From: a virus
Taxonomy: Duplodnaviria; Caudoviricetes
Reading direction: 5' to 3' (one strand)
DNA length: 50,860 nucleotides
IMG/VR virus record: IMGVR_UViG_3300047408_000275
Coordinates: 1-50,860 of that record
Shown here: positions 25,340-34,609 of the stretch, in pieces
Layout: each line of letters begins with the position of its first letter
How positions within the stretch are numbered: the stretch's first letter is position 1
The notes under the pieces: model-generated
Database searches by the model: none
The model's input: the letters and a program-made list of their open reading frames with translations, nothing else
What the model was told of the DNA's origin: nothing
Made by a program: the position numbers and the translations under genes

Positions 25340-26122
25340 ATGTTAAGTTATCACAACGACGCTAACCTTAAGGGCTTGGTGGTTGCAGAGATGCGTAAGC
25401 ATCAGGAATCGGACCAGTTTATAAAAGGTGCATATGAAAGGTTAAATGGTAAATTCAAAGGCTGTGCCGTTGGGTGTACGATTGATTCTCTGAATATAAT
25501 CCTTTGTAAATCGTACAAAACTGATGATCATAAGGTATTCGAAGAAGCTATTGGAGTTCCTGAGTGGTTAGCGAGGCTTCAGGATTTGTTATTTGAACGG
25601 CTTCCGATAGGGGGGAATAGTCAATTTGCAGTAGATTTTCTTGAAGCGATTCCGGTTGGTATAAATCTTGATCGAGTAAAATGGAAGTTCTGTTCTTTTA
25701 TATTAAAAGAAGGAATAGACAGGATGCTTTCTCAGCCTAACTTATCAGATGAATTACGAGAACAGGTCGTAAATTCTATGAGAGGGGTTTTAAGTCTACA
25801 TGAATCAGCAATAAATACAGGTGAATGGAATATTGAAGCGGCGGAGTCGGCGAGGTTGGCGGCGGAGGCGGCGGCGTGGTCGGTGGCGAGGTCGGCGTGG
25901 TCGGCGGCGAGGTCGGCGGCGTGGTCGGCGGCGTGGTCGGCGTGGTCGGCGGAGTCAGCGGCGAGGTCGGCGGCGGAGTCGGCGGAGTCGGCGGCGTGGT
26001 CGGCGAGGTCGGCGAGGTCGGTGGCGAGGTCGGCGGAGGCGGCGGCGGAGTCGGCGGCGGAGTCGGCGGCTTATAAACGATATGCAGGGGAATTGATTAG
26101 ATTATTAAAAGAAGAGAGATAA
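25340..26122 (+). CDS. Phage protein with Ala/Ser/Trp repeat (AAWSA/AAESA)
   Basis: AGGAG RBS, KGCAVGC...G.P.WLA.L.D..FE domain, then the repeat tract. Confidence 0.8.
   Translation: MLSYHNDANLKGLVVAEMRKHQESDQFIKGAYERLNGKFKGCAVGCTIDSLNIILCKSYKTDDHKVFEEAIGVPEWLARLQDLLFERLPIGGNSQFAVDFLEAIPVGINLDRVKWKFCSFILKEGIDRMLSQPNLSDELREQVVNSMRGVLSLHESAINTGEWNIEAAESARLAAEAAAWSVARSAWSAARSAAWSAAWSAWSAESAARSAAESAESAAWSARSARSVARSAEAAAESAAESAAYKRYAGELIRLLKEER
25838..26071 (+). repeat. GC-rich degenerate 9/12-nt tandem repeat
   Basis: (GCG)1-2-(TGG/AGG/GAG)-TCG units. Confidence 0.92.
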
Positions 26123-26445
26123 TGGAAGATATCTGCCCATATTGCGAGAAAGTGACAAACCTTGAGTTTATTAAACGACAAGGCTCGATAACTATTAAAG
26201 GAAAGCCTATTGATGTGGAAGACCAGTTTTTTCGTTGTATTGAATGTGGAAAAGATTTCGATGATCCAAAATCCACGTACGATGTCCTGGAGATTGCCTA
26301 TAAAAAATCAAACCCGAATAACCCATACATAAAGCGAATAGTGCTTCCGTCAAGAATATGTCCAGACGACTTACCGGGAGAAGTAATGGAATGGCTAGAT
26401 GGAAAAGAATGGCCAATTCTAGAAATTCCGATAGATAAAGACTAA
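26122..26445 (+). CDS. MqsA/YgiT-type zinc-finger protein without HTH
   Basis: CPYC...ITIKG..I.V....RCIECG..F pattern. Confidence 0.7.
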   Translation: MEDICPYCEKVTNLEFIKRQGSITIKGKPIDVEDQFFRCIECGKDFDDPKSTYDVLEIAYKKSNPNNPYIKRIVLPSRICPDDLPGEVMEWLDGKEWPILEIPIDKD

Positions 26446-26580
26446 TATTGACACACTGTTAATCAGGTCTTGTGTTGCAACAATAATCATTATATAATCA
26501 GGACGCTGCTAATTTCTTTCCTAGCGAGCATAGTTTCTATCATTCGATAGTTCGTAAACTTGCTAGGATAAGTTTCACCA

Positions 26581-28986
26581 ATGTATTCCCAAAATCCGTA
26601 TGAGCCAAGCTTAGACCAGCTAGAGAACGATCCGAATTTCTCGCCGGAGCTTATGGATTTAAATGAAATTCAAAAACACCAAGAATTACCTGATGGTTCA
26701 TCTGTATTCGTTGTCGGAAAGAAAGCAGGCGATACTGAAACATCGCCTGCTGACGACGATTTTTACGCTAATCTTGCCGAAGACCTTGACGATGGCACGC
26801 TTAATTCCCTATCTGCCGAACTCCTTTCTAATATTAAAGATGATAGGTCAAGTCGTGCAGAATGGGAAGCTACTTGTAACCTTGCTATTAAATACCTAGG
26901 CTTTAAGGTAGAAGAGTTCCATAACATTCCATTCGTTCGTTGCTGCGCTGCTTTTGATACAACCCTATCTACGACCCTTATGAATTTCTTTGCATCAGCT
27001 AAGGCCGAGCTATTCCCACCTGGGGGCCCAGCTAAAAGCATGATTGAAGGTTACCCATCGGAGCAGATGGAAGACCGCGGCGATCGAGTCCAAATGTTCA
27101 TGAACTTATTCTTGACGACCATAGACAAATCATATTATCCAGATTCAGATAGGTTATTAATGTATGTAGGTCTTTTTGGAAGCGCATTCAGGAAGGTTGT
27201 AATGGATCCAATTCTGGGTCGTCCAGCGCCTCGGTTTGTGAAACCTCAGAATCTTATCATCAATAATTTTACGACGTCCTTATTGGAATCTACCAGAATT
27301 ACAGAAGAGATATATCTTACACGTAAGGAAGTGTTGATTAGGCAACGAGATGGCGTATATAAAGAAGATTCACTACCTAAGAATGCAGATGATAACGAAG
27401 ACATGGACTCTTCAGTCAATAAGACCATAAAAAAAGCAGAAGGCGTTCAAGAATCTCAATCAGAAAACAAATCGTTATTTAAGTTCTATGAGTGCCATGT
27501 CGAACTTGAACCATCTGAGGTAAAAGATGTCTACGGAATGCCAAAGAAAGGCAAAAAGATTAAGAAAGACAATATCCCTAGACCTTATATTGTAGAAATT
27601 TGCGAAGCAACTAAGAAAATTGTATCAATTAGGCGTAATTGGGAAGAAAACGACCGAAATTTCAAGCGCATCGAATGCTATGTGCACTATTACTACCTGC
27701 CAGGATTTGGCATTTATTCTACAGGCCTTGCACAGTTGCAAGGCTCAAATGCTATTATGCTTACGGATATATTGCGTCAGCAGATTGATGCAGGAACGTT
27801 AAGGAACTTCCCGGGAGGCCTCAAGAAGCGTGGGATGCGCGAAGAAAATAACAATAAAGCTGTTGGTCCAGGTGAATTCTTAGAATTTGATACAGAAGGA
27901 CCTATTCAAGAATCTGTAATGCTGATGCCCTATCAGGAACCATCTTCTGTGCTGGCTCAGCTTAGAACAGAAGTGAAGACTGATACGATGGCATTAGGCG
28001 GCGCATCTCAACAAGGTGCTAACGTAGGTGGTTCTAACACACCTGTTGGGACAATCTTAGCTCAAATTGAGATTCAGAACCGTATTCCGTCTACTATCTT
28101 GAAGTCATTGCATTCAGCCTTAGGCTATGAGCTTCAACTATTAAAGAAATTATTTGCAAAGTACTTTAGTGATGAACCCTATCCATTTAGTGTTCCTGGA
28201 AACCACCAAAGTATTATGCGGGAGGACTTCAGTGACAACATTAATATTGTGCCTGTTTCTGACCCTAACGTTATTACCACCACCCAAAGAGTAATCGTTA
28301 ACGAAATCGTTCTCAAGATGGCGCAAGCCAATCCAACGATGTTTGACCTTCGGGAAGCGAATGAGCGCATGTTACGTGCCATGAAGATTGATGGCGTAGA
28401 AAAGCTCATGCCTAAGCCTCAAGAGATTATGCCTTTAGACCCTATCAGTGAAAATATGGCTATCATATTAGGTAAAGGTGCTAAAGCAGGAATACAGCAA
28501 GACCATCAGGCACATATTATTGTGCATTCTCAGGCTGGTCAGCAATTAGCACAAGACCCAGCCAAGGCAGCGCTTATGCAGGCGCATATTAGTGAGCATC
28601 AGGCATTTATGTATCTGATGCAAATGCAACAAGCTATGGGTATGCAGATGCCACCTGAACAAGCCCTCAAAGACCCACAAGTACAGAATCAAATTGCCAT
28701 GGCTGCCGCTCAAGCTGCACAACAATTACAACAACAGCAACAGGCGCAGAATCCGCCACCATTAGATCCGAATGTGGTGATGTTGAAAGATATTGAGCAA
28801 AGACGCGAAGCATCGCATCTTAAACATGAGGAAGCTCAGCTACGAGCCGAGACTGAAGCCTTTAAGGTACAGACTCAGTTCGAAAGCAGCAAAGTTAAAA
28901 TGGATGTTGACAAAGAAATGGCGAAAGATAGAAACGAAGTGACGTTAGCTATCGCCAAAATGAAGCAACCTAATAATTTGGAGTAA
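26581..28986 (+). CDS. Portal protein
   Basis: 801 aa. D..SR.EWE, GSAFRKV, FVKP.NL and YLPGFG.Y..GL motifs, a Gln-rich C-terminal extension, and position after TerL. Confidence 0.9.
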   Translation: MYSQNPYEPSLDQLENDPNFSPELMDLNEIQKHQELPDGSSVFVVGKKAGDTETSPADDDFYANLAEDLDDGTLNSLSAELLSNIKDDRSSRAEWEATCNLAIKYLGFKVEEFHNIPFVRCCAAFDTTLSTTLMNFFASAKAELFPPGGPAKSMIEGYPSEQMEDRGDRVQMFMNLFLTTIDKSYYPDSDRLLMYVGLFGSAFRKVVMDPILGRPAPRFVKPQNLIINNFTTSLLESTRITEEIYLTRKEVLIRQRDGVYKEDSLPKNADDNEDMDSSVNKTIKKAEGVQESQSENKSLFKFYECHVELEPSEVKDVYGMPKKGKKIKKDNIPRPYIVEICEATKKIVSIRRNWEENDRNFKRIECYVHYYYLPGFGIYSTGLAQLQGSNAIMLTDILRQQIDAGTLRNFPGGLKKRGMREENNNKAVGPGEFLEFDTEGPIQESVMLMPYQEPSSVLAQLRTEVKTDTMALGGASQQGANVGGSNTPVGTILAQIEIQNRIPSTILKSLHSALGYELQLLKKLFAKYFSDEPYPFSVPGNHQSIMREDFSDNINIVPVSDPNVITTTQRVIVNEIVLKMAQANPTMFDLREANERMLRAMKIDGVEKLMPKPQEIMPLDPISENMAIILGKGAKAGIQQDHQAHIIVHSQAGQQLAQDPAKAALMQAHISEHQAFMYLMQMQQAMGMQMPPEQALKDPQVQNQIAMAAAQAAQQLQQQQQAQNPPPLDPNVVMLKDIEQRREASHLKHEEAQLRAETEAFKVQTQFESSKVKMDVDKEMAKDRNEVTLAIAKMKQPNNLE

Positions 28987-28989
28987 ATC

Positions 28990-30075
28990 ATGAGTTACGA
29001 ATACAAGTCTGGTTTTTGTGGTCACGATAGTATGCGCGATAAGGCAATGAAAGAATTTGGGCATGAGCTCAGAAGGGAAACAATGCATGTTCCTGAAAGC
29101 AATTCATCTAAAGCTAGAACTAATATGCCACTTTATAAAAAGGGCGGAAAGGTTCATGGTTTAACTAAAATGCAAACTGACCTATATATTCCTACCCGTT
29201 CTAAGCAGCATCATCAAAAGCAGGTTCGATTTGAGAAGGTAGAACATAAAGCTGATGGCGGCATGATGGGCGTTCCAGATATTGCTGCGCGCATCCAACA
29301 AGCAAATCAAATGCTAAGCGGTGCAGCAGCTCCTGTTGGCGTTAAGAGAGGCGGAAAAGTTCATCATGGGCACCGTCGAGTTCATAAAGCCAATGGTGGA
29401 ATGCTCGGTATGAGCGAAATGGGTAATCGTGACCTGGTGGCTGGCCGAAACGCTGTTGGATTAAAACATGGCGGCAAAGCACATCATGGTCGTGTAAAAA
29501 AGGATATCGGTGGAATTCTGAAAGATATTGGAAATGCAGCAACGTTTGGCATTCCCGGGGCTCTTGGCAAGGCGCGTGGCGGCCGCATGGGTAGTGGCAA
29601 GAATCAAGATGATAGTCAACGGATGTTACGGGGAGAGCCCTTACAGAAGGGTTACCACGGCCATGGGTTGAGACATGGCGGAAGAGCCCATCGTAAGTCT
29701 GAAGGTGGTCCTATGCGCGGCGAGAACCCAGGAATGGGCGCATCGAACAACTATGAGTCAAACATGAAAGGCGAGCATGAAATGAATGGCGCAATGAGAC
29801 ACGGCGGAAAAGTGCATCGCAAGTCTGAGGGTGGCCCTATGAGAGGTGAGCATCCTACACATCATATGTCTCGAAATAACTATGAATCCAATATGCGTGG
29901 TGAGCATGGCCATCATTCCACAATGCATCGCGGTGGAAAAATGCACCGTGCCGAAGGCGGAAGAATGTTAGCTGAAGGTGGTTATGCTGCTGGGGGGGTA
30001 GGTAAAATTCGGCATCGGCAGATGACAATGGGTGGCAAGCAAATCTCGCGAGCTGATAAATTTAGGCATGAATAA
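28990..30075 (+). CDS. His/Gly/Met-rich protein with repeated xxGG motifs
   Basis: More than 12 copies of KxGG/HGG/EGG-type motifs and an internal duplication RKSEGGPMRGE...NNYESNM. Confidence 0.8.
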   Translation: MSYEYKSGFCGHDSMRDKAMKEFGHELRRETMHVPESNSSKARTNMPLYKKGGKVHGLTKMQTDLYIPTRSKQHHQKQVRFEKVEHKADGGMMGVPDIAARIQQANQMLSGAAAPVGVKRGGKVHHGHRRVHKANGGMLGMSEMGNRDLVAGRNAVGLKHGGKAHHGRVKKDIGGILKDIGNAATFGIPGALGKARGGRMGSGKNQDDSQRMLRGEPLQKGYHGHGLRHGGRAHRKSEGGPMRGENPGMGASNNYESNMKGEHEMNGAMRHGGKVHRKSEGGPMRGEHPTHHMSRNNYESNMRGEHGHHSTMHRGGKMHRAEGGRMLAEGGYAAGGVGKIRHRQMTMGGKQISRADKFRHE

Positions 30076-30078
30076 TCG

Positions 30079-30318
30079 ATGTTAGAAAAGTTTATTGAAA
30101 ACTTATTAATGAAGAGCCGGATAGAACAGGAAGTGTATGCAAAACATATACTTCCTGGGAATCTGTCGGACTTGGAGTACAAGTTTACCTGTGGAAAGCT
30201 GAAAGGATTGCAACAAGCTGATGATTTGGTTCGGTCGCTCTATAACGCGATGGTGAATCAAGTTAGATTCAGTGATATCAAGGAGAGATTAATAGATGAC
30301 GAACCGGAGCGCTACTAG
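30079..30318 (+). CDS. Conserved head-module hypothetical protein
   Basis: G...D..YK...G...GL pattern, located before GroES. Confidence 0.7.
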   Translation: MLEKFIENLLMKSRIEQEVYAKHILPGNLSDLEYKFTCGKLKGLQQADDLVRSLYNAMVNQVRFSDIKERLIDDEPERY

Positions 30319-30748
30319 TCTTATTGAAGACTGTGAAGAGCAAGAAGCGAAGGAATGTGTTGAAAAGCATTTGGGGTTTTCTCCATTTTCTGCTTTTAGC
30401 AAACAAATCGCCGTAAAGATTTATGTTAGGCCTGACGAACTTTGTACATTCACAACAGATGAAGGAAAAGTTGTCAGCCTATATCTGCCGCCTACCATTT
30501 CTGCGAGTGATAAATTTAGAAACTGCACAGCATTAGTAATTGATGTGGCAAAAGATTGCTATATCGGAGATGAATATCAGGAATCTGGACCGTACTGCAA
30601 AGTCGGTGACTGGATAATGATGCCAAGGAACGTTGGAACACAAATCAACTATAGAGGAATTCCGATACAGATTATACCGGAAGACTCCTTCTATTGTGTG
30701 ATTGAAGATCCAACGCATATAGAGCGGTTATACAAAGGGAGAAAGTAA
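30296..30748 (+). CDS. GroES-like co-chaperonin 1
   Basis: LYLP mobile-loop region, A.V..V..DCY, PYCKVGDW...R..G, I..ED....VI.DP. Confidence 0.8.
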   Translation: MTNRSATSLIEDCEEQEAKECVEKHLGFSPFSAFSKQIAVKIYVRPDELCTFTTDEGKVVSLYLPPTISASDKFRNCTALVIDVAKDCYIGDEYQESGPYCKVGDWIMMPRNVGTQINYRGIPIQIIPEDSFYCVIEDPTHIERLYKGRK

Positions 30749-31288
30749 ATGGAAGTTAAAGACTGTGTCATAAGCCCCATTATTACATCTGATGGTTTGA
30801 ATATCATCAGAGAAAATATAAAAAAGGTTGATTTAAATAGCGTAGTTGAGGGAAGTATTGAAAAAGAAACCAACATAACGATTGCAGCTTTAGAAAAGAA
30901 TGCTTTGCAAAAAAAATATGATGAAATGCCAAGGTCGGAATGGACTTTTGAAAATCAGCATGGTTTTGCACCGTTGAGAGCAGTTGGTGCTTATATCGCA
31001 GTTCAAATATACACACCGATAAAATCTGATGTGTTAATTATGGCAGACTCTGTTAAGGCGATGCAAAAATGGACTAGTAATGTTGGCCGAATATTTTCTA
31101 TTGGGAGTGCTTGTTATAAGGGCGACAGATTCAAAGATTGGGATGAGCTCCCAGAAATTGGTGATTGGGTTGTTTTTAAGGTAAATGCCGGGCCTGTTTT
31201 CAAGTATCGTGGCATTGATGTCGCCATCATGTTTGATGATTCTGTGAATGGAATAACCGAAGACCCATCTTACGTTTCCAGAGATTAA
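30749..31288 (+). CDS. GroES-like co-chaperonin 2
   Basis: PLRAVG..I.V, VG.I..IG..CY, P.IGDWV.F...AG, DD.V.G...DP. Confidence 0.8.
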   Translation: MEVKDCVISPIITSDGLNIIRENIKKVDLNSVVEGSIEKETNITIAALEKNALQKKYDEMPRSEWTFENQHGFAPLRAVGAYIAVQIYTPIKSDVLIMADSVKAMQKWTSNVGRIFSIGSACYKGDRFKDWDELPEIGDWVVFKVNAGPVFKYRGIDVAIMFDDSVNGITEDPSYVSRD

Positions 31289-31298
31289 AGGAGTAACT

Positions 31299-32297
31299 AT
31301 GAGTAGAAATAACTTAGATGACGAAAATGAAATCCAGTTTGGTCACGATGACCCAGAGCCAGAGTTAGATGATGGCGATGAAGAAAATGAAGATGAAAGT
31401 TCGGAAGAGCCCTCGTTAAGCAGCGATGACGATTCACTTCCTGATTCGTTGCCGGAAGAATCAATGGCAGATGAGCCGGAGGTTAAAGAGAAATCGCCTA
31501 AGAAACGAGATAAAGCTCAAACGCGTATTAATCACATTATGCGCGAGAAATTTCATGCTGAAGCAGAGTTGCAACGAGCAAAATATCAGATTGCAGAATT
31601 AGAGAAGATGCATCAGCTCTCTTCTGGTGCTGCAATGCGTCAATATGATGAAAATGCTAAAACCCGAATGGAGCAAGCTCGGGCTGCGCAAATTGCTGCC
31701 ATTGAATCTGGTGATGCTCAAGCTCAAGCAGATGCAATGACTGAAATTGCCGCCGCTACCAATGAGCTGCATGAGATAAACAATTGGAAGCAGAAAAATG
31801 TGTATGAGAGTCAGAATCAGCAATATCAACAGCCAGCTATAGAATATAGCCCGGTTGCAGATGAAGTTTTGAGAGATTGGGTTCAGGACAATGAGTGGTT
31901 CAATCCGCAAAGCGAGCGTTTCGATCGCGAATTGGCAGAATGCGTTAATCTTTGGGCAAATCAGTATGACCAACAGCTTATTCGGGAAGGAAACGCACGA
32001 AAGATTCGAAGTCCTGAATATTTCGACGTAATAGATGACATTGCCAATCAGGCTATTGAATTCCGAAACAATCAACTATCAGGGCAAAGGAGAGAGTTAA
32101 ATATGAAACCAGTTAGAGGCGGCGCATCCCCTGTTAGAGGATATGGCCAGGGAGCACAGGTCTCGTCTCAGCGCAAAGAGATGCTGAGTCCAGATGAGCG
32201 TGATATGGCAAGACGAATGGGCGTTACCGATAAAGTATATCTACAGTATCGATTACGTGATCAACAGGAAAATTCAAACAAACGTAGAGGGAGATAA
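31299..32297 (+). CDS. Capsid scaffolding protein
   Basis: Acidic N-terminus, coiled coil, W...N.WF and C-terminal LS..ER.MARRMGV....Y, in the expected position. Confidence 0.75.
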   Translation: MSRNNLDDENEIQFGHDDPEPELDDGDEENEDESSEEPSLSSDDDSLPDSLPEESMADEPEVKEKSPKKRDKAQTRINHIMREKFHAEAELQRAKYQIAELEKMHQLSSGAAMRQYDENAKTRMEQARAAQIAAIESGDAQAQADAMTEIAAATNELHEINNWKQKNVYESQNQQYQQPAIEYSPVADEVLRDWVQDNEWFNPQSERFDRELAECVNLWANQYDQQLIREGNARKIRSPEYFDVIDDIANQAIEFRNNQLSGQRRELNMKPVRGGASPVRGYGQGAQVSSQRKEMLSPDERDMARRMGVTDKVYLQYRLRDQQENSNKRRGR

Positions 32298-32299
32298 TC

Positions 32300-32788
32300 A
32301 TGGCTAAAGAACCTAGAGAGAATAGAGCGGTCGGCGGACGTTCTGCCGAAAGACGAGAAGCAGAAATTAGACGATTGAAAGACATGGATTATCGAAATCC
32401 ATTATATGTTCCACCTGAATACATTCCAGATGGAATGGAGTATGCCTGGGGGACCTATAGTCTATTAGGCGTACCAAGACCATCACGTATGATGGAGCTG
32501 CGCCAGAAAGGATGGGAGGCCGTTCCAGCCGATAGACATCCAGACTTGGCATTTGCTGAGTTTGTGGAGTCAAACGCGCAGATGCGTGGACATATCTGGC
32601 GAGATGGTCTGATATTGATTGAGAGACCCGCAGAATATGGAGTGATAGAGCGCGAGCAATTGGAGGCAAAGAACTATCAAACCTTAATATCGATGCCGGG
32701 TACTGAAAACTTCTTAGGCGAACCAAGCATCCCAACATCATTCAAGGGCGATACGGCTTTGTCACGAGCCGCCTCTTTTGGAAGATAA
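32300..32788 (+). CDS. Conserved head-module protein
   Basis: P.G..Y.W...GWE.V....P...GL.L.ERP pattern. Confidence 0.75.
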   Translation: MAKEPRENRAVGGRSAERREAEIRRLKDMDYRNPLYVPPEYIPDGMEYAWGTYSLLGVPRPSRMMELRQKGWEAVPADRHPDLAFAEFVESNAQMRGHIWRDGLILIERPAEYGVIEREQLEAKNYQTLISMPGTENFLGEPSIPTSFKGDTALSRAASFGR

Positions 32789-32842
32789 TCGAAAATTTTT
32801 TTCGAAAAAGCTTTTTCTTTGAAAAAAAGTAGTGTAGTATGG

Positions 32843-33030
32843 TTATAGGTAAGTTGGATATCGTCTGACTTACCTATAAACGAGTGAGCCAAATCTCGTA
32901 AAACAAGGCTGCGTAAATACGCCAATCATGTTAGTTACTTAAATGTACCTACTTGTTAAATCTAAGGCACGACTGCCTATAACGTCGGGTAGCAATACCG
33001 ATTCGATTGTAAAGATTTAATATGGAGATA
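32843..33030 (+). ncRNA. Structured leader RNA (hairpin, pseudoknots, GNRA loop) before the capsid genes
   Basis: 16-bp hairpin at 32843-32879, two H-type pseudoknot patterns, GGTA-GCAA-TACC hairpin, and a 10-bp closing stem next to the RBS. Confidence 0.55.
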
Positions 33031-33035
33031 CATTT

Positions 33036-33668
33036 ATGTCATACGGTACTAATGCGCCACAAGGCTTCCAGGATGATATTACTTTATCTGGTTCGACTTG
33101 GAATGGTGCTCTTTCGATTTATCCTATTCTTTCAGCTTATAACACATCTATTTTTACAGGCGACCCTGTAGTTTTTGTTAACAACGGTACGATTGGCCAA
33201 GGTATTGGTGGTGCTGCTGGAGAGGCTACTCTCGGAGTATTTAAGGGCGTTACTTATACTGATGCTAATAACAATAAAGTATATGCGCCGTATTGGACAG
33301 CGGGTACCGCTTTATTCGGTGGGAATGCTGCAACTGCTGATGCGCTTATTATTGATGATCCAAATGTCGAATTCAACATCCAAGTAGGCACCACAAATGC
33401 TGGTGCACATACGGCAACTGTTAACCAAACCGATTTAAACTTAAACGCAAACTACGTTATTGGCGCAGGTTCTACACGCTCCGGACAATCTGCAACATTC
33501 TTGGATGCTGCGACTATTGCGGTTACTGCGACATTTGATTGCAAGATTTTGCGATTAACTCCAATCATCACGCCAACACCTAACGTGTTTGGTCTTTTAT
33601 TTAACAACGTTATCGTCAAATTTAACAATCATGTGTTGAATGGCGGAACCGGAACCCTAGGCGTTTAA
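33036..33668 (+). CDS. Capsid decoration/cement-like protein
   Basis: NAP.GF, IF.GD.V, GVF.G..Y and DDPN..F motifs, immediately before the MCP. Confidence 0.7.
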   Translation: MSYGTNAPQGFQDDITLSGSTWNGALSIYPILSAYNTSIFTGDPVVFVNNGTIGQGIGGAAGEATLGVFKGVTYTDANNNKVYAPYWTAGTALFGGNAATADALIIDDPNVEFNIQVGTTNAGAHTATVNQTDLNLNANYVIGAGSTRSGQSATFLDAATIAVTATFDCKILRLTPIITPTPNVFGLLFNNVIVKFNNHVLNGGTGTLGV

Positions 33669-33679
33669 GGAGAATATTG

Positions 33680-34582
33680 ATGGCTATAAATACCACTGCA
33701 ATTGCAAATTTATTGAGACCAGGCCTAGCGGCTGTGTTCGGTGATTATCCATCGTATCCGTCACAATGGTCTGAGATTTTCGAGACGTACGATTCTGACA
33801 AAGCTGTCGAAATCGAAATCGAAATGAGAATGCTGGGCTTAGCTCAAATTCGTGGCGAAGGCGCGCCTACTGCTGTTGATAACGGAATGGGTCAGCGAAC
33901 AGTTACGTCATACGTACATAAGTACGTTGCATTGTCGTTCAGTATTACACGACAAGCGATTAAAGATAATCTTTATAAAACGAAATTCCCATTAATGGTA
34001 CGTGCTCTAAAGAAATCCATGGCTCAAACCAAAGAAATCTTAGGTGCATCTGTGCTTAATAATGGGTTTTCCGCTGCATTCCCAATTGGGGACGGTCAGC
34101 CATTATTCTCTACTGTTCATCCTATCGATGGCGGTGTTGTATCAAATCGTGGTGTTAATGCTGACTTAAATGAAGCGTCATTAGAGGCTGCAATAATTGC
34201 AGTTCAGCAATTTAGAGACCAGGCTGGATTAGTCGTTCAGACAAAGCCTGAGAAATTAATTGTTCCGCCACAAGTGCAATATTCTGCTGAAAGATTATTG
34301 AATTCTTCTTTCAGAACAAATACAGCTAATAACGACATTTCTGCGATTTATAACTTATCGAGTGTTCCTCAGGGTTATCGCGTTAATCAATATTTAACAA
34401 GCCCTTCGGCTTGGTTCATGTTGACGGATTCGCCTGATGGTTTCAAACATTATGTGCGAGAAGCAATCGAGACTGACGTTTACGCTGATTTCAATACTGA
34501 CAATCTGTTGGCTAAAGCATTAGAGCGATATTCATTCGGGGTTTCTAACTTCCGTGCTGGTTTTGCTAACTCGGGTGCTTAA
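33680..34582 (+). CDS. Major capsid protein (Mu gpT-like)
   Basis: LLRPGL..VFG, AL.F.IT..A..DNLY, GDGQPLFST.HP, P.KLIVPP and ERYSFG motifs. Confidence 0.92.
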   Translation: MAINTTAIANLLRPGLAAVFGDYPSYPSQWSEIFETYDSDKAVEIEIEMRMLGLAQIRGEGAPTAVDNGMGQRTVTSYVHKYVALSFSITRQAIKDNLYKTKFPLMVRALKKSMAQTKEILGASVLNNGFSAAFPIGDGQPLFSTVHPIDGGVVSNRGVNADLNEASLEAAIIAVQQFRDQAGLVVQTKPEKLIVPPQVQYSAERLLNSSFRTNTANNDISAIYNLSSVPQGYRVNQYLTSPSAWFMLTDSPDGFKHYVREAIETDVYADFNTDNLLAKALERYSFGVSNFRAGFANSGA

Positions 34583-34609
34583 TTAAGCGTTTAGATCTGG
34601 AGAAATATT

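Noticed and set aside
25821-26096. Arg-rich and Val/Gly-rich alternate-frame ORFs
   Set aside because: Products of a stop-free GC repeat inside the 25340 gene.
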